DNA from: Myxococcota bacterium
GTDB lineage: Bacteria > Myxococcota_A > UBA796 > GCA-2862545
Assembly: GCA_039208735.1 (NCBI GenBank)
Contig: JBCCQY010000038.1
Location: 1 to 64,000, forward strand
Direction: 5' to 3'
Length of the DNA stretch: 64,000 bases
The notes below the pieces were generated by a model. That model searched no databases and was not told the DNA's origin. It was given only the letters and a program-made list of their open reading frames with translations. Position 1 is the first letter of the stretch. Every line of letters begins with the position of its first letter. The translations under genes were made by a program, and so were the position numbers. Positions 31,065-41,617 of this stretch are shown piece after piece.

Positions 31065-33980
31065 GTGATTTCCGACAGTCTACTGAGCGGAGAGAACGCT
31101 CCGTTTCTCGATGAGCTGTACACACGCTGGCTCGAGGACCCGAGCAGCGTTGAGCCAAGATGGCAAGCGTACTTCGAGTCGCTTCCCGCCGAGCGCACCA
31201 ATGGTGTACCGGTGGGTGAGCCGGCCCCTTACGCCCCTTCGATCTTCCACGGAAGCGGGGGAACGGGACTGGATTCAGCGGGCTCAAACCGCCAGGCGAA
31301 GGTGGTCCAGCTCATCAATGCGTACCGAGTCCGGGCTCATCTCGATGCCAAGATCGACCCCCTCGACCATCGCGAACGCCACGCGCATCCTGAACTCACC
31401 CTCGACTTCTACGGATTGTCGAACCAGGATCTCGACGCCGAAGTCGAGACGGCACCCGCCTTCGGACTTCCCGCTCGCGTGTCGCTGCGCAAGCTGATCG
31501 AACATCTGCAGCGGAGTTACTGCGGCGCGATCGGGGCAGAGTTCATGAACATCATGGACAATGCTCAAAAGCAGTGGATCCAACGCTCGCTCGAGACGTT
31601 GCCGAACTCGGCCGTGCTCAGCGAGGCCGCAGAACGGCGCGTCTTCCGAAAGCTCTGCGATGCCGAGAACTTTGAGCGGATGCTGCACAATCGTTTCCCG
31701 GGTACGAAGCGGTTCTCGCTTGAGGGCGGCGAAACGCTGATTCCTCTGCTCGACCTCGTGGTGAACTACGCGTCGCTTGAGGGGGTCGATGAGATCGTCA
31801 TCGGAATGGCGCACCGGGGTCGTCTAAACGCGCTGGTGAACATTCTCGGCAAGCCCGCCCACATCGTGGTGCGCGAGTTCGAAGGGGTGTACGGCACCAC
31901 TCAGGGCTCGGGCGATGTGAAGTATCATCTTGGTTACTCGTCGGACCAGGTCACCTTGGTGGACCGACCGATGCACATCTCACTAACGCCGAATCCTTCG
32001 CACCTTGAAGTGGTCAATTCCGTGGTGGAAGGGCGAGTGAGGGCCAAGCAACGCCGCGCTGGCGATACCGAACGGCGTCGGGTTTTGCCCGTCCTGATTC
32101 ATGGCGATGCAGCCTTTTCAGGTCAGGGTTCCGTGATGGAAGTGCTGAACCTCTCGGAACTCGACGGGTACGAGACCGGAGGCACCGTCCACATCATCGT
32201 GAACAATCAGATCGGGTTCACGACGCCTCCGGCCGAAGGGCGGTCGACCGAGTACGCCACCGATGCGGCTCGCATGCTGTCCATCCCTATCTTCCACGTC
32301 AACGGGGAGGTTCCCCGCGACGTCGCCGCGGTCACGCGGATGGCCATTGATTACCGTCAGCGATTCCGCCGTGACGTGGTGATCGACATGCTTTGCTACC
32401 GGAAGCATGGTCACAACGAAGGGGATGAGCCGTCCTTCACCCAGCCAAAGATGTATGAAGTCATTCGCAACAAGCCGAACCCGCGTCAGGTCTATGCGCA
32501 ACACCTGCAGAAGATCGGCACGTTGACCGAGGCGGATTGCGAACAGATTTACCAAGAATCCTTCGACGCCATGCAACGCGCTGCGGAACGTGCGGCGACG
32601 CCGGTGCCGGGCGAGCGGTCCACGGTCGACATGAAGCCCGGGGACCCCGACGAAGCGACCTACTCAAGGCCCACCAGCGGCCCCACCGTCGAGACCGACC
32701 CCACGGTACACAAGGCCGCGATGATGCGGGTGATGTGGTCGCGGTACCTCACGGGCAAGCTGACCGACGAAGTCGACACGCGCTTCGATAAGGACCGGCT
32801 GATCGAGCTTTTGCGGGTAGCCAATACGGTGCCGGAAGGGTTCGCGGCGCATGCCAAGATCAAGCGTTTGTTCAAGCAGCGTCAGGCCATGATCGCGGGG
32901 GAACGCCCCGTGGACTGGGCCGTGGGCGAACAAGCGGCGTTCGTCTCGTTGCTCGATGACGGCATCGGGGTTCGACTGTCTGGGCAAGACTCGGGCCGAG
33001 GCACGTTCTCTCATCGTCACGCGGTCATCACCGACATCGAGACGGGCGACGAGCGCTATCTGCTTTCAGAGCTTGATTACCGACCGATTTCTCCTGCCGC
33101 ACGGTCCGAGAACAACGGTGAACACAACTCCCGGCTGGCCGAGTTCTCGGCCATCGACAGTTCGCTGTCCGAGTTTGCGGTGCTGGGATTCGAGGTCGGC
33201 TACGCGTTCGATACGCCTGAACAACTGGTCCTTTGGGAAGCGCAGTTCGGAGACTTCGCCAATGGCGCGCAGGTCATCATCGACCAGTACATCGCCTCGT
33301 CCGAGCAGAAGTGGAATCGGTACTGTGGGCTCGTGATGTTGCTGCCGCACGGCTACGAAGGCCAGGGCCCCGAGCACTCCAGCGCCCGGCTCGAGCGGTT
33401 CTTGCAATTGTGTGCGGAAGACAACATGCAGGTCGCGAACTGCACGACTCCAGCAAGCTTCTATCACCTCTTGCGCCGGCAGATGCTGAGGTCGGTCCGC
33501 AAGCCGCTCATCGTGATGACGCCGAAGTCCCTGCTGCGGCACCCTCAGGCCACCTCGACCCTCGATGAGCTGGCCGACGGCACCTTTCAGCCGGTCATCG
33601 ATGATTCCGAGCCGCCCAAGAAGGCACGTCGCGTGGTCTTGTGTAGCGGCAAGGTCTACTATGAGTTGTTGTCCCACCGGCAGGAACACGACATCAAGAA
33701 CGTAGCGCTGGTGCGGGTCGAGGAACTCTACCCCTTCCCCAAAGCGTCGATGGACGCCATCCTCGCCAAGTACCCGAAGGCCAATGTCGTTTGGTGCCAG
33801 GAGGAGCCCCAAAACATGGGGGCGTGGCCGTACTGGCTCCAAACGTGGATCGAGATGTACCCCGACCGGAAGTTCCCTCGCTACGTGGGTCGCAAGGCCG
33901 CGGCAAGTCCGGCGACGGGGTCTCACCAACAACACCTGCGCGAGCAGAAGAAGCTCGTTGCTGACGCGTTCGCCGACTGA
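31065..33980 (+). CDS. sucA: 2-oxoglutarate dehydrogenase E1 component
   Basis: [74 protein letters not shown] before GTG 31065. Confidence 0.96.
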   Translation: MISDSLLSGENAPFLDELYTRWLEDPSSVEPRWQAYFESLPAERTNGVPVGEPAPYAPSIFHGSGGTGLDSAGSNRQAKVVQLINAYRVRAHLDAKIDPLDHRERHAHPELTLDFYGLSNQDLDAEVETAPAFGLPARVSLRKLIEHLQRSYCGAIGAEFMNIMDNAQKQWIQRSLETLPNSAVLSEAAERRVFRKLCDAENFERMLHNRFPGTKRFSLEGGETLIPLLDLVVNYASLEGVDEIVIGMAHRGRLNALVNILGKPAHIVVREFEGVYGTTQGSGDVKYHLGYSSDQVTLVDRPMHISLTPNPSHLEVVNSVVEGRVRAKQRRAGDTERRRVLPVLIHGDAAFSGQGSVMEVLNLSELDGYETGGTVHIIVNNQIGFTTPPAEGRSTEYATDAARMLSIPIFHVNGEVPRDVAAVTRMAIDYRQRFRRDVVIDMLCYRKHGHNEGDEPSFTQPKMYEVIRNKPNPRQVYAQHLQKIGTLTEADCEQIYQESFDAMQRAAERAATPVPGERSTVDMKPGDPDEATYSRPTSGPTVETDPTVHKAAMMRVMWSRYLTGKLTDEVDTRFDKDRLIELLRVANTVPEGFAAHAKIKRLFKQRQAMIAGERPVDWAVGEQAAFVSLLDDGIGVRLSGQDSGRGTFSHRHAVITDIETGDERYLLSELDYRPISPAARSENNGEHNSRLAEFSAIDSSLSEFAVLGFEVGYAFDTPEQLVLWEAQFGDFANGAQVIIDQYIASSEQKWNRYCGLVMLLPHGYEGQGPEHSSARLERFLQLCAEDNMQVANCTTPASFYHLLRRQMLRSVRKPLIVMTPKSLLRHPQATSTLDELADGTFQPVIDDSEPPKKARRVVLCSGKVYYELLSHRQEHDIKNVALVRVEELYPFPKASMDAILAKYPKANVVWCQEEPQNMGAWPYWLQTWIEMYPDRKFPRYVGRKAAASPATGSHQQHLREQKKLVADAFAD

Positions 33981-33997
33981 ATCGTCAAGGAGTCGCC

Positions 33998-35164
33998 ATG
34001 GTCGACGTGACCATTCCTCAGATTGGGGAATCGATTACCACCGTCTTCATCGCCCGTTGGATCAAGAAGCCCGGTGAGGCCGTCGCGGTGGGCGACGCCA
34101 TCGTCGAATTGGACTCTGACAAGGCCTCGATGGAGGTCCCGTCCCCGTCGGCCGGTGTGCTCACCGAAACGCTGGTGGAAGAGGGCGACGAGGTCGATAT
34201 CGGCAGCATCATCGCGCGGATCGACGAGACGGCAGAGGTGCCCCGTGCGCCCGCGCCGAGCGAGGAGCCGGCCGCCGCAGAGGATGCGAGTTCGGTGCGT
34301 GCGGGCCCTGCCGCCCGTCAGCAGGCCCGTCAGTCGGGCGTAGATCTCGGCGGGGTCGAAGGGACCGGTCCGCGAGGGCGCGTGACCAGCGGTGATGTGC
34401 GAGGCACCGCCACGGCCCAGGCTCCTAAGAGCGTTCGGGCGCCCAATGCCCCCTCGAGCACCCCGGGGGGAGTGGAGCGTCGCAAGATGACGCCCCTACG
34501 GCGCACCATTGCACGTCGTCTCGTCGAAGCTCAGCACAACGCAGCCATGCTCACGACGTTCAACGAGATCGACATGAGCCGGGTGATTGCCCTGCGCAAG
34601 CGCTACCAAGAGGAATTCAAGGCCAAGCACGGCATCAAGCTTGGATTCATGAGCTTCTTCGTCAAGGCAGCGATCGAAGGACTTAAAGAATTCCCAGCGG
34701 TCAACGCCGAAATTGATGGCGATGAGATCGTCTACAAGCACTACTTCAACATTGGTGTAGCGGTGAGCGGGCCCAAGGGCCTGGTCGTCCCCGTGGTGCG
34801 CAATGCGGATCGGTTGTCCTTTGCCGAGGTGGAGCTTGCCATCGCCGAGTTGGGGGCCCGCGCGCGCGACAACAAGCTGCAGCCCGATGACTTCAAGGAC
34901 GGCACCTTTACGCTGTCCAACGGAGGGATCTTTGGCTCGCTGATGTCGACGCCGATCCTCAACCCTCCGCAGTCGGGGATCCTTGGCATGCACACGATCC
35001 AGGAGCGTCCCGTGGGGGTCGACGGTCAGATCGAGTTGCGTCCCATGATGTACGTCGCGCTGTCCTACGACCACCGAATCATCGACGGTCGCGAGGCCGT
35101 GTCGTTCCTCGTCCGCATCAAGCGAGGCGTGGAGAACCCCGAGCGAATCTTGCTAGAAGTGTGA
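33998..35164 (+). CDS. sucB: Dihydrolipoamide succinyltransferase (E2)
   Basis: Lipoyl DKA motif, E3-binding [28 protein letters not shown]. Confidence 0.95.
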   Translation: MVDVTIPQIGESITTVFIARWIKKPGEAVAVGDAIVELDSDKASMEVPSPSAGVLTETLVEEGDEVDIGSIIARIDETAEVPRAPAPSEEPAAAEDASSVRAGPAARQQARQSGVDLGGVEGTGPRGRVTSGDVRGTATAQAPKSVRAPNAPSSTPGGVERRKMTPLRRTIARRLVEAQHNAAMLTTFNEIDMSRVIALRKRYQEEFKAKHGIKLGFMSFFVKAAIEGLKEFPAVNAEIDGDEIVYKHYFNIGVAVSGPKGLVVPVVRNADRLSFAEVELAIAELGARARDNKLQPDDFKDGTFTLSNGGIFGSLMSTPILNPPQSGILGMHTIQERPVGVDGQIELRPMMYVALSYDHRIIDGREAVSFLVRIKRGVENPERILLEV

Positions 35165-35219
35165 GCTTCAGCTCAAGTGCGGGGGATCTTCGTCCGATCG
35201 GACAGTCGAGGAGAGACCC

Positions 35220-35423
35220 ATGGTGCCCGACGACGATCTCAATCCGTTTTATCCCCCGATTTTTACGGCGCGTCCTCGACTTCCAGTACGGATGCGTCAT
35301 GTGGCGACACCCTTGAATCAGGCACGTCGACCCATAGGGATCGCGTCCGCTGATTCGAAGTTGGAGCCCGAGGAATCCCCGCCGCCTAAGTCGCCGGAAG
35401 GACCGACGTCCTCCACCTCCTGA
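35220..35423 (+). CDS. Small hypothetical protein (67 aa)
   Basis: GAGGAG RBS and ATG; fills gap between sucB and the OmpA gene; no recognisable motif. Confidence 0.3.
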   Translation: MVPDDDLNPFYPPIFTARPRLPVRMRHVATPLNQARRPIGIASADSKLEPEESPPPKSPEGPTSSTS

Positions 35424-35571
35424 GGTTCCGGGGACAGACCCGCGGGTTTGCCGTGCCATCGAAAGATGAAGGCGACCCTTCCTGGCGGGCATGGGGAGCC
35501 GGAGCGGCCAGTGCGGCTGTTGGTTATACAGCCGGGCCGTGTTTGGTCTCCCCGTTCAGTCAGGAGTGGAC

Positions 35572-37188
35572 GTGTCCCACAAGCCTTCATCCATCGTGAT
35601 CCGTGCTGCTTGGGCAGCCGGCGCCACCGCTGCGGTCGGCGTGGCGCAACCCGCGCTCGCCCAGACGGAGGACACCGCAGGTGGGGAATCCATCGACATC
35701 GAGCTGATTCGGCCCTCGTTTGGGCATGAGTCGTTCGCCAGCGTCGACGTCCCTCGGACCGCACGGCAGAACATTGCCCTGCGGGCGGGTCTGGTCATGC
35801 AGTACCAGCAGGCGCCGCTCACGCTTTACGATGCAGCGAGCAACGAGGAACTCGGCTCGGTCGTCGCCAACCGGTTCTCGGGCATCGTCGGGGCCTCGCT
35901 CGACATTGACCGGGTGACCTTCGGCCTCATCGTGCCCACCGCGTTCAACTTCGGAAACACCGATACGCCACAGTACGAAGCCGACGGGTTCGGCCTGGGC
36001 GACGTCGGGCTGACGGGTCGCGTCACGTGGCTCCGGACCACGAGTGACCGGTTCAACCTGGGTACGCGCGCGGGCATCGTTCTGCCGACCGGCCGCAACT
36101 TTGCCTACATGAGCGACGAAGCGCTCCGGTTCTCGGTGGGTCAGCTCGTCGCGGTCCGCGCCGGTCCCCTCACCGTTGCGACCGACATTGGCCTGTTCAC
36201 GCGACAGCGGAACGCGACCGACGAAGACTTCGTCGCGAGCACCGAGGTCACCTGGAACAGTGCCGTCCGGTTTGCGCTGCCCCAGGCGACGCGACTGTCC
36301 GTCAATGGCCAGCTCCTCGCGCGCGCCGGCCTCGACCGTTTCCTCTCGGGTCCTGCCGAAAATGGGCTTGAGCTGCTCGGTGGGGTCGACTTCTACCCGT
36401 CGCGGACCACCACGTTTGGCGTGGCCGCAGGCCGAGGGCTCTCCGCGGGCGTGGGGACGACCGACTTCCGCCTGCTCGGCAACCTGCTGGTTCAGGTGCC
36501 CGAGCGTCGCGAGCCCTACGTCTACAACCCCGAGCCGCCGCCGCCGCCGCCCCCCGCCATCGATGCCGAGGTCGAGACGATCAAGGAGATCACCGACCCC
36601 ATCATCGAGGTTGACGACAAGGGCATCACGGTCATCCGGATTCCGGAGCAGCCCAAGTTCGTGGTGGGTGAGAACATCATCCTCGAAGAGAGCCGGGGCA
36701 TCGTCACCGCAGTGGCGAACCTCATCAACACAGAGCCCGAAGTGGCGTTCGTCAAGATTGTGGGGCACGCCTCGCAGGAAGGCGACTTCGACTACAACTA
36801 CCGCCTGGCCGAGAGCCGCGCGCGGGCCATCTACGAGGCTCTGCTCGAAGACGGCGTGGCCGAACAGCGGTTGGGCTACTCGGGTCGCGGTGAGGTCAAC
36901 CCCCTCAAGGGTGGCTTCAACTACCAGGGTGACGACGAAGAAATCCTTCAGGCCAACCGCCGGGTGGAGTTCATCGTTGAGCGGCAGTTCGGGCCGGCGG
37001 ACGACATTCCCGGGCCATGCGCCGAGGGCGTGACGGTTGGCAAGGATTGCTACCCAACCAAGCAGTACCTGCCCTGGAACGGTGAAGTTGTGGATGTCGT
37101 GATTCCGTCGCAGGCGGGCCTCGACACGACGGATGTGGAAGAGGAAGGCGACGAGTTCGACGACGACTTCGACCTCGGGGAGGAGTGA
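35572..37188 (+). CDS. Outer-membrane beta-barrel + OmpA peptidoglycan-binding domain protein (TraB-like, without TSP3 repeats)
   Basis: Signal peptide (ALA-Q), amphipathic strand region, poly-Pro linker, OmpA motifs [34 protein letters not shown] before GTG 35572. Confidence 0.85.
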   Translation: MSHKPSSIVIRAAWAAGATAAVGVAQPALAQTEDTAGGESIDIELIRPSFGHESFASVDVPRTARQNIALRAGLVMQYQQAPLTLYDAASNEELGSVVANRFSGIVGASLDIDRVTFGLIVPTAFNFGNTDTPQYEADGFGLGDVGLTGRVTWLRTTSDRFNLGTRAGIVLPTGRNFAYMSDEALRFSVGQLVAVRAGPLTVATDIGLFTRQRNATDEDFVASTEVTWNSAVRFALPQATRLSVNGQLLARAGLDRFLSGPAENGLELLGGVDFYPSRTTTFGVAAGRGLSAGVGTTDFRLLGNLLVQVPERREPYVYNPEPPPPPPPAIDAEVETIKEITDPIIEVDDKGITVIRIPEQPKFVVGENIILEESRGIVTAVANLINTEPEVAFVKIVGHASQEGDFDYNYRLAESRARAIYEALLEDGVAEQRLGYSGRGEVNPLKGGFNYQGDDEEILQANRRVEFIVERQFGPADDIPGPCAEGVTVGKDCYPTKQYLPWNGEVVDVVIPSQAGLDTTDVEEEGDEFDDDFDLGEE

Positions 37189-39539
37189 TGTTCCGCACTG
37201 CACTAGCCGCGCTCGGCCTTTTCGCGGCCGCGCCCGCGTTCGGGCAAGATGCGTTGGTCATTCACGCGACTGAGAATCCCACCATCGACGTCTCGACGGT
37301 GTGTGACTCACTTGCGAACTTCGGGTTCTTCGTGCGGTGGAGCCGTTTCGACGGCGCCGCGGGCACGCCTCCCGAGCAGCAACTGGCCGACAACCACGTG
37401 GTGCTCTTGTGGAGCGACGGCACGCGATTCGCCGAGCCCGAGCTTCTCGGGGACCGCCTTGCGGCCATGATTGGCAACGGTGGCGGCGTGGTCTTCATGG
37501 GGGGCACGCTGGCCAACGGCAGCACGCCCACGGGCGAAGCCTGGGACGCGGTGTCGCCCATTGTGCCCGGCACGCGATCCCGTACCGATACGGCCACGTT
37601 CGCCCTGCAGGCGCCGGGCTACCAGTGGTTGCAAGCGAGCCCCAACTACATTGAAGGGCACCAGAGCGTTTACGGGTTCAACAACTTCTGTGGCCGTCCC
37701 AACTGGGACCCCACAAGCCCGACCTTTGGGCAATGTACGGCCCCTGAAGGCGTGTTCCGCGTTTCGAACCTGGTTCGGAAGCAAGGCACGTTTGTGCCTG
37801 CCATCTGGGACGACAATTATCCATTGTCCATCGCGCGTGGCGCCTCGGTGCCCGGTGAAGGCCGCGTGGTCGCCCTCAACATGAACCACATGCCGTTCAC
37901 GTTGGACCTCAACGGCGACTTCATCCCGGACTACCACCCCGATGGGTGGACAGGCGATGGCTATCGACTCGTGCTTGAGTCCATGTTGTGGGCGGCGCGG
38001 TTTGAAAAGCCCCTCGCATCGCTTGAAAACCTGACGTATTTCCAGGATTACGACTGCGACCTGACCGACGTTGCACTCGATGAGCCGGTCGACCCGGATG
38101 CGCCGATCTACGGGGCCTGGGTGGACACCGATGGTGACGGTGTCAACGAAACCCGCGAGATCATTGGTACGTGCCAGGATCGTCTGAATCCCGACACGGG
38201 GACGTTCTACCCGACCGACGACAACTTCTACGACTACGAGTCGCACGGTTGCACCTACTTGGTGTCGCGCCTTGACGAGCAGGATTCGGCGTTCCACGCT
38301 CCCTTCATCGGCGATGGCCTTATCGGGCCCAACCCCTTAGGCGGGATCGCGGACCCCTTCACCGGGCTGATGCGTCCGCCGGGTGTCGTGCCCATCACGG
38401 GCCCCGATGGGCAGGGGGTTTCCTCGGCCACGCTCGAGTGCGACAACTGTACGTTCGTCTGGAACCCCGACCAGCTCGACATCGACGGCGATGACGCAGG
38501 CGACCTCTGCGACAACTGCCCGTTCCTGCCGAACCCCGACCAGAACAACATCTGTCCGGCCACCGGTTTCCCCGACGGGGACAACATCGGTGTGGTCTGC
38601 GACAACTGCATCTGTGTCCCCAATCCCAAGCAGGAAGATGCCGACATCGACGATGTGGGTGACCCCTGCGACAACTGCCCCTTCACCTTCAACCCGAATC
38701 AGGCCGACAGCGACACCTGCCCGCCGTTTGGGCTGCCCGATGGCTTGGGTGATGCGTGCGACAACTGCCCGTTTGAATGCAACCCAACGCAGAGCGACGT
38801 CGACCAGGATGGCGTGGGTGACCTTTGCGACAACTGCCCGCAGACGCCCAACCCCGACCAGCTCAACAGCGATGAAGCGTCGGAGCCCGACAACTTCGTC
38901 GAAGGGGACGCCTGTGACCCTTGCCCGTTCGATGGCAAGCTGAACTCCGAGAACACGGACGACGAGGACCAGGACGGCGTGGGCGACCCGTGTGACGTGT
39001 GCCCACAGGTGGCCGATCCGGACCAGGCGGACCGCGACAGCGACAACAATGGCGACGCCTGCGACAACTGCCCGAGCTTCTTCAACCCGGTGCAGGAAGA
39101 TTCCGATGCGGATGGCTTCGGCGATGCCTGCGACGTGTGCCCCGACATTGCGAACCCTGACCAGGCGGACCGCGATGGTGACACGGTGGGCGATGCGTGC
39201 GACGGCTGCCCGGACATCGCCGATGGCGGGGCCCCCGATGCCGACGGAGACGGATTCTCGGACCGCTGCGACCTCTGCCTGTTCGTGGCCTCCGAGACCA
39301 ACAACGACCGTGACGAAGATGGCGTGGGCGACGCGTGCGACAACTGCCCCGCCGATCCGAACCCCTCGCAGCTCGACCGTGACGGTGACGGCATCGGTGA
39401 CCCGTGCGACCCGTTCGTGCTCCGTGGGGGTGGCGCTCCCGAGCAGGGCCTCGGCTGCCAGACGGCACCGTGGTCGATGTCGGGCTTTGGTCTCGTGGCG
39501 CTCGCCGCGCTCCTCCGTCGTCGGCGGAACCGCGCGTGA
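37185..39539 (+). CDS. Surface protein paralogue 1: head domain + 13 TSP3-like repeats + MYXO-CTERM-like tail
   Basis: Signal peptide; CDNCP..N..Q.D.D.DG.GD repeats; ends LRGGG...GCQT-hydrophobic-RRRRNRA; overlaps OmpA stop (start 37185 or 37188). Confidence 0.85.
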   Translation: MMFRTALAALGLFAAAPAFGQDALVIHATENPTIDVSTVCDSLANFGFFVRWSRFDGAAGTPPEQQLADNHVVLLWSDGTRFAEPELLGDRLAAMIGNGGGVVFMGGTLANGSTPTGEAWDAVSPIVPGTRSRTDTATFALQAPGYQWLQASPNYIEGHQSVYGFNNFCGRPNWDPTSPTFGQCTAPEGVFRVSNLVRKQGTFVPAIWDDNYPLSIARGASVPGEGRVVALNMNHMPFTLDLNGDFIPDYHPDGWTGDGYRLVLESMLWAARFEKPLASLENLTYFQDYDCDLTDVALDEPVDPDAPIYGAWVDTDGDGVNETREIIGTCQDRLNPDTGTFYPTDDNFYDYESHGCTYLVSRLDEQDSAFHAPFIGDGLIGPNPLGGIADPFTGLMRPPGVVPITGPDGQGVSSATLECDNCTFVWNPDQLDIDGDDAGDLCDNCPFLPNPDQNNICPATGFPDGDNIGVVCDNCICVPNPKQEDADIDDVGDPCDNCPFTFNPNQADSDTCPPFGLPDGLGDACDNCPFECNPTQSDVDQDGVGDLCDNCPQTPNPDQLNSDEASEPDNFVEGDACDPCPFDGKLNSENTDDEDQDGVGDPCDVCPQVADPDQADRDSDNNGDACDNCPSFFNPVQEDSDADGFGDACDVCPDIANPDQADRDGDTVGDACDGCPDIADGGAPDADGDGFSDRCDLCLFVASETNNDRDEDGVGDACDNCPADPNPSQLDRDGDGIGDPCDPFVLRGGGAPEQGLGCQTAPWSMSGFGLVALAALLRRRRNRA
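38439..39410 (+). repeat. 13 thrombospondin type-3-like Ca-binding repeats (paralogue 1)
   Basis: 13 CDxC-led acidic units counted by hand plus a closing CD. Confidence 0.85.
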
Positions 39540-41617
39540 GCTTCGCTGTGCCATCACTCCTCGCTCTGTGGCCGGGCGGACTCTTCGTGAGTGCCGCCGA
39601 GGCGCAAGAGATTGTGGTGCTGGGGTCGACCTCGCAGGTCGGCACCAACGCGCTGCGCGAGGATTTGATGTGCACGGGTGAGTTTGAAGCGGTCGATTTC
39701 ATCGACCTCACTGTACGTACGCCGACTCTCGATGAGCTTCGGCAGTACCACGGCGTCCTCGCCTTCTCCGACCTTCCTTTGGTCGACCCCGTGGGGGTGG
39801 GGAACCGCCTCGCCGACTACGTGTCATTGGGCGGCGGGTTGGTGCTCGCCGCGGGCGCCTTTTCGAGCGACACGGGACCCGCGGGTCGCTTGCGGAACGA
39901 CGATTTCATTCCGGTGGCAGATGCTCCGGTGGGTCCGGTTGCCCCCGGCAATCAGTCCATCGAGGCGACCAACGGATTTGCCTGGCTGCCCGGCGAGTTG
40001 GGACATCCCACCACCCAGGGCGTCAACGACTTCGATGGGGGCGCGGCGAGCTACCACGCCATCACCGCTGCCGCACCGGATGCCATCGTCACCGCACGAT
40101 GGGATGACGGCAATCCGGCCATCGTGCTTGCGCCAGGGTCCACGGGCGGAGTGGAGGGCGGTCGCCTTGCGGTCGTCAACGTCTACCCATTGTCCGCGCG
40201 CGTCGATCCCAACTCCTGGACGGAAGAATCCGACGGGGGGCGCCTGTTCGCCAACGCGCTGTTGTGGGCGATTCGCTACCAGCGACCTCCCGAGACGTGC
40301 GTGAACGAGGTCATCGTCCAAGATCTGGACTGTGACACGGTCGATGCGTCCGATGAGCCTCCGGTCGACTTCAGTGACCCGGTGTGTGCATCGACGCCCA
40401 CGCCCTCCGATCCCTATCCGAACGACGACTTCTACATCGATGCTGGTTCGTTTGGATGCAGCATTGAGTCTGCGCAGTTCGACATCGACGGTGACCTCAT
40501 CTCAGGCACTGGCCAGCCGCTATCGATTCCCGATCCGACCGATCCCAACATCATCTTGGTCTTTGAGTTGGGATGCGACAACTGCCCCGCAGAGTTCAAC
40601 CCCTACCAGTCCGACCTCGACTGTGACCGCATTGGCGACCTCTGCGACAACTGCCTGTACACGCCGAACGGAGCTGAGGGCACCACCAACTTCGACGAAG
40701 ACTGTTTCCCCAACGCGTGCGACAACTGCGACTTCGTCGACAACCCGCTGCAGGACGACGAAGACGGCGATGGGGCCGGTGATGCGTGTGACAACTGCCT
40801 CACTGTCTTCAACCCTGGTCAGGCTGACGCGGACGGCGATTTCGCCGGCACTGAGTGTGACAACTGCCCAGGCACGCCAAACCCCTTCCAAGAAGATGAC
40901 GACCTCGACTTGGTGGGCAGCGTTTGCGACAACTGCCCGTTCATCTTCAACCCCGACCAGTCCGATCGCGACGGTGATGGCGTGGGGGATGCCTGCGATC
41001 TGTGCCCCGACCTGGCCACGTCGAACCAGGGCGACGCCGATGCCGATTTTGTGGGCGATGCTTGCGACAATTGCCCGCTCATTAGCAACGCCGATCAAGA
41101 AGACGCCGATCGCGACGACGTAGGCGATGCCTGCGACAACTGCCCGATCTTCCTCAACCCGAACCAGGAAGATCGCGACGGTGACCTTGTGGGCGACGTG
41201 TGTGACCTCTGCCCCGAGGATGAGGATCCCCAGCAGCTCAACGTCGATGGCGACACGCTGGGCGATGCCTGTGACCCTTGCCCGACTGCATTTGATGAGA
41301 CCTTCGCCGACGCCGATGGCGATGGGATTTTCAACACGTGCGACTTGTGCACGTTCGTCGCCGACGAAACCAATGCCGATGCCGATTTCGACGGCGTTGG
41401 CGACGTCTGCGACAACTGTGTCGAACAAGCCAATCCCACCCAGGCGGACTTCGACAACGATGGTATCGGCGACCCTTGTGACCCCTTCGTCCTCCGTGGA
41501 GGCGGGGCGCCTGCTCAAGGCTGCTCCAACCTTCCGGCGACGTCCCCGGTCGGTGTGATCTGGCTGGGGTTGGCCCTTTTCCTCCTCCGCAATCGAACCG
41601 AGCGAGTTCAACGATGA
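39536..41617 (+). CDS. Surface protein paralogue 2: head domain + 13 TSP3-like repeats + MYXO-CTERM-like tail
   Basis: GTGA overlap with paralogue 1 stop; signal peptide ending AEA-Q; ends [26 protein letters not shown]. Confidence 0.85.
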   Translation: MSFAVPSLLALWPGGLFVSAAEAQEIVVLGSTSQVGTNALREDLMCTGEFEAVDFIDLTVRTPTLDELRQYHGVLAFSDLPLVDPVGVGNRLADYVSLGGGLVLAAGAFSSDTGPAGRLRNDDFIPVADAPVGPVAPGNQSIEATNGFAWLPGELGHPTTQGVNDFDGGAASYHAITAAAPDAIVTARWDDGNPAIVLAPGSTGGVEGGRLAVVNVYPLSARVDPNSWTEESDGGRLFANALLWAIRYQRPPETCVNEVIVQDLDCDTVDASDEPPVDFSDPVCASTPTPSDPYPNDDFYIDAGSFGCSIESAQFDIDGDLISGTGQPLSIPDPTDPNIILVFELGCDNCPAEFNPYQSDLDCDRIGDLCDNCLYTPNGAEGTTNFDEDCFPNACDNCDFVDNPLQDDEDGDGAGDACDNCLTVFNPGQADADGDFAGTECDNCPGTPNPFQEDDDLDLVGSVCDNCPFIFNPDQSDRDGDGVGDACDLCPDLATSNQGDADADFVGDACDNCPLISNADQEDADRDDVGDACDNCPIFLNPNQEDRDGDLVGDVCDLCPEDEDPQQLNVDGDTLGDACDPCPTAFDETFADADGDGIFNTCDLCTFVADETNADADFDGVGDVCDNCVEQANPTQADFDNDGIGDPCDPFVLRGGGAPAQGCSNLPATSPVGVIWLGLALFLLRNRTERVQR
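40574..41482 (+). repeat. 13 TSP3-like repeats (paralogue 2)
   Basis: 13 CDxC-led units counted by hand plus a closing CD. Confidence 0.85.

Noticed and set aside
33998..35423. Absence of lpdA after sucAB
   Set aside because: E3 is commonly encoded elsewhere and shared between complexes
39380..41520. Identical peptide [18 protein letters not shown] in paralogues 1 and 2 as recent gene conversion or a recombination cassette
   Set aside because: The DNA differs at many synonymous positions, and no recombinase or reverse transcriptase is nearby
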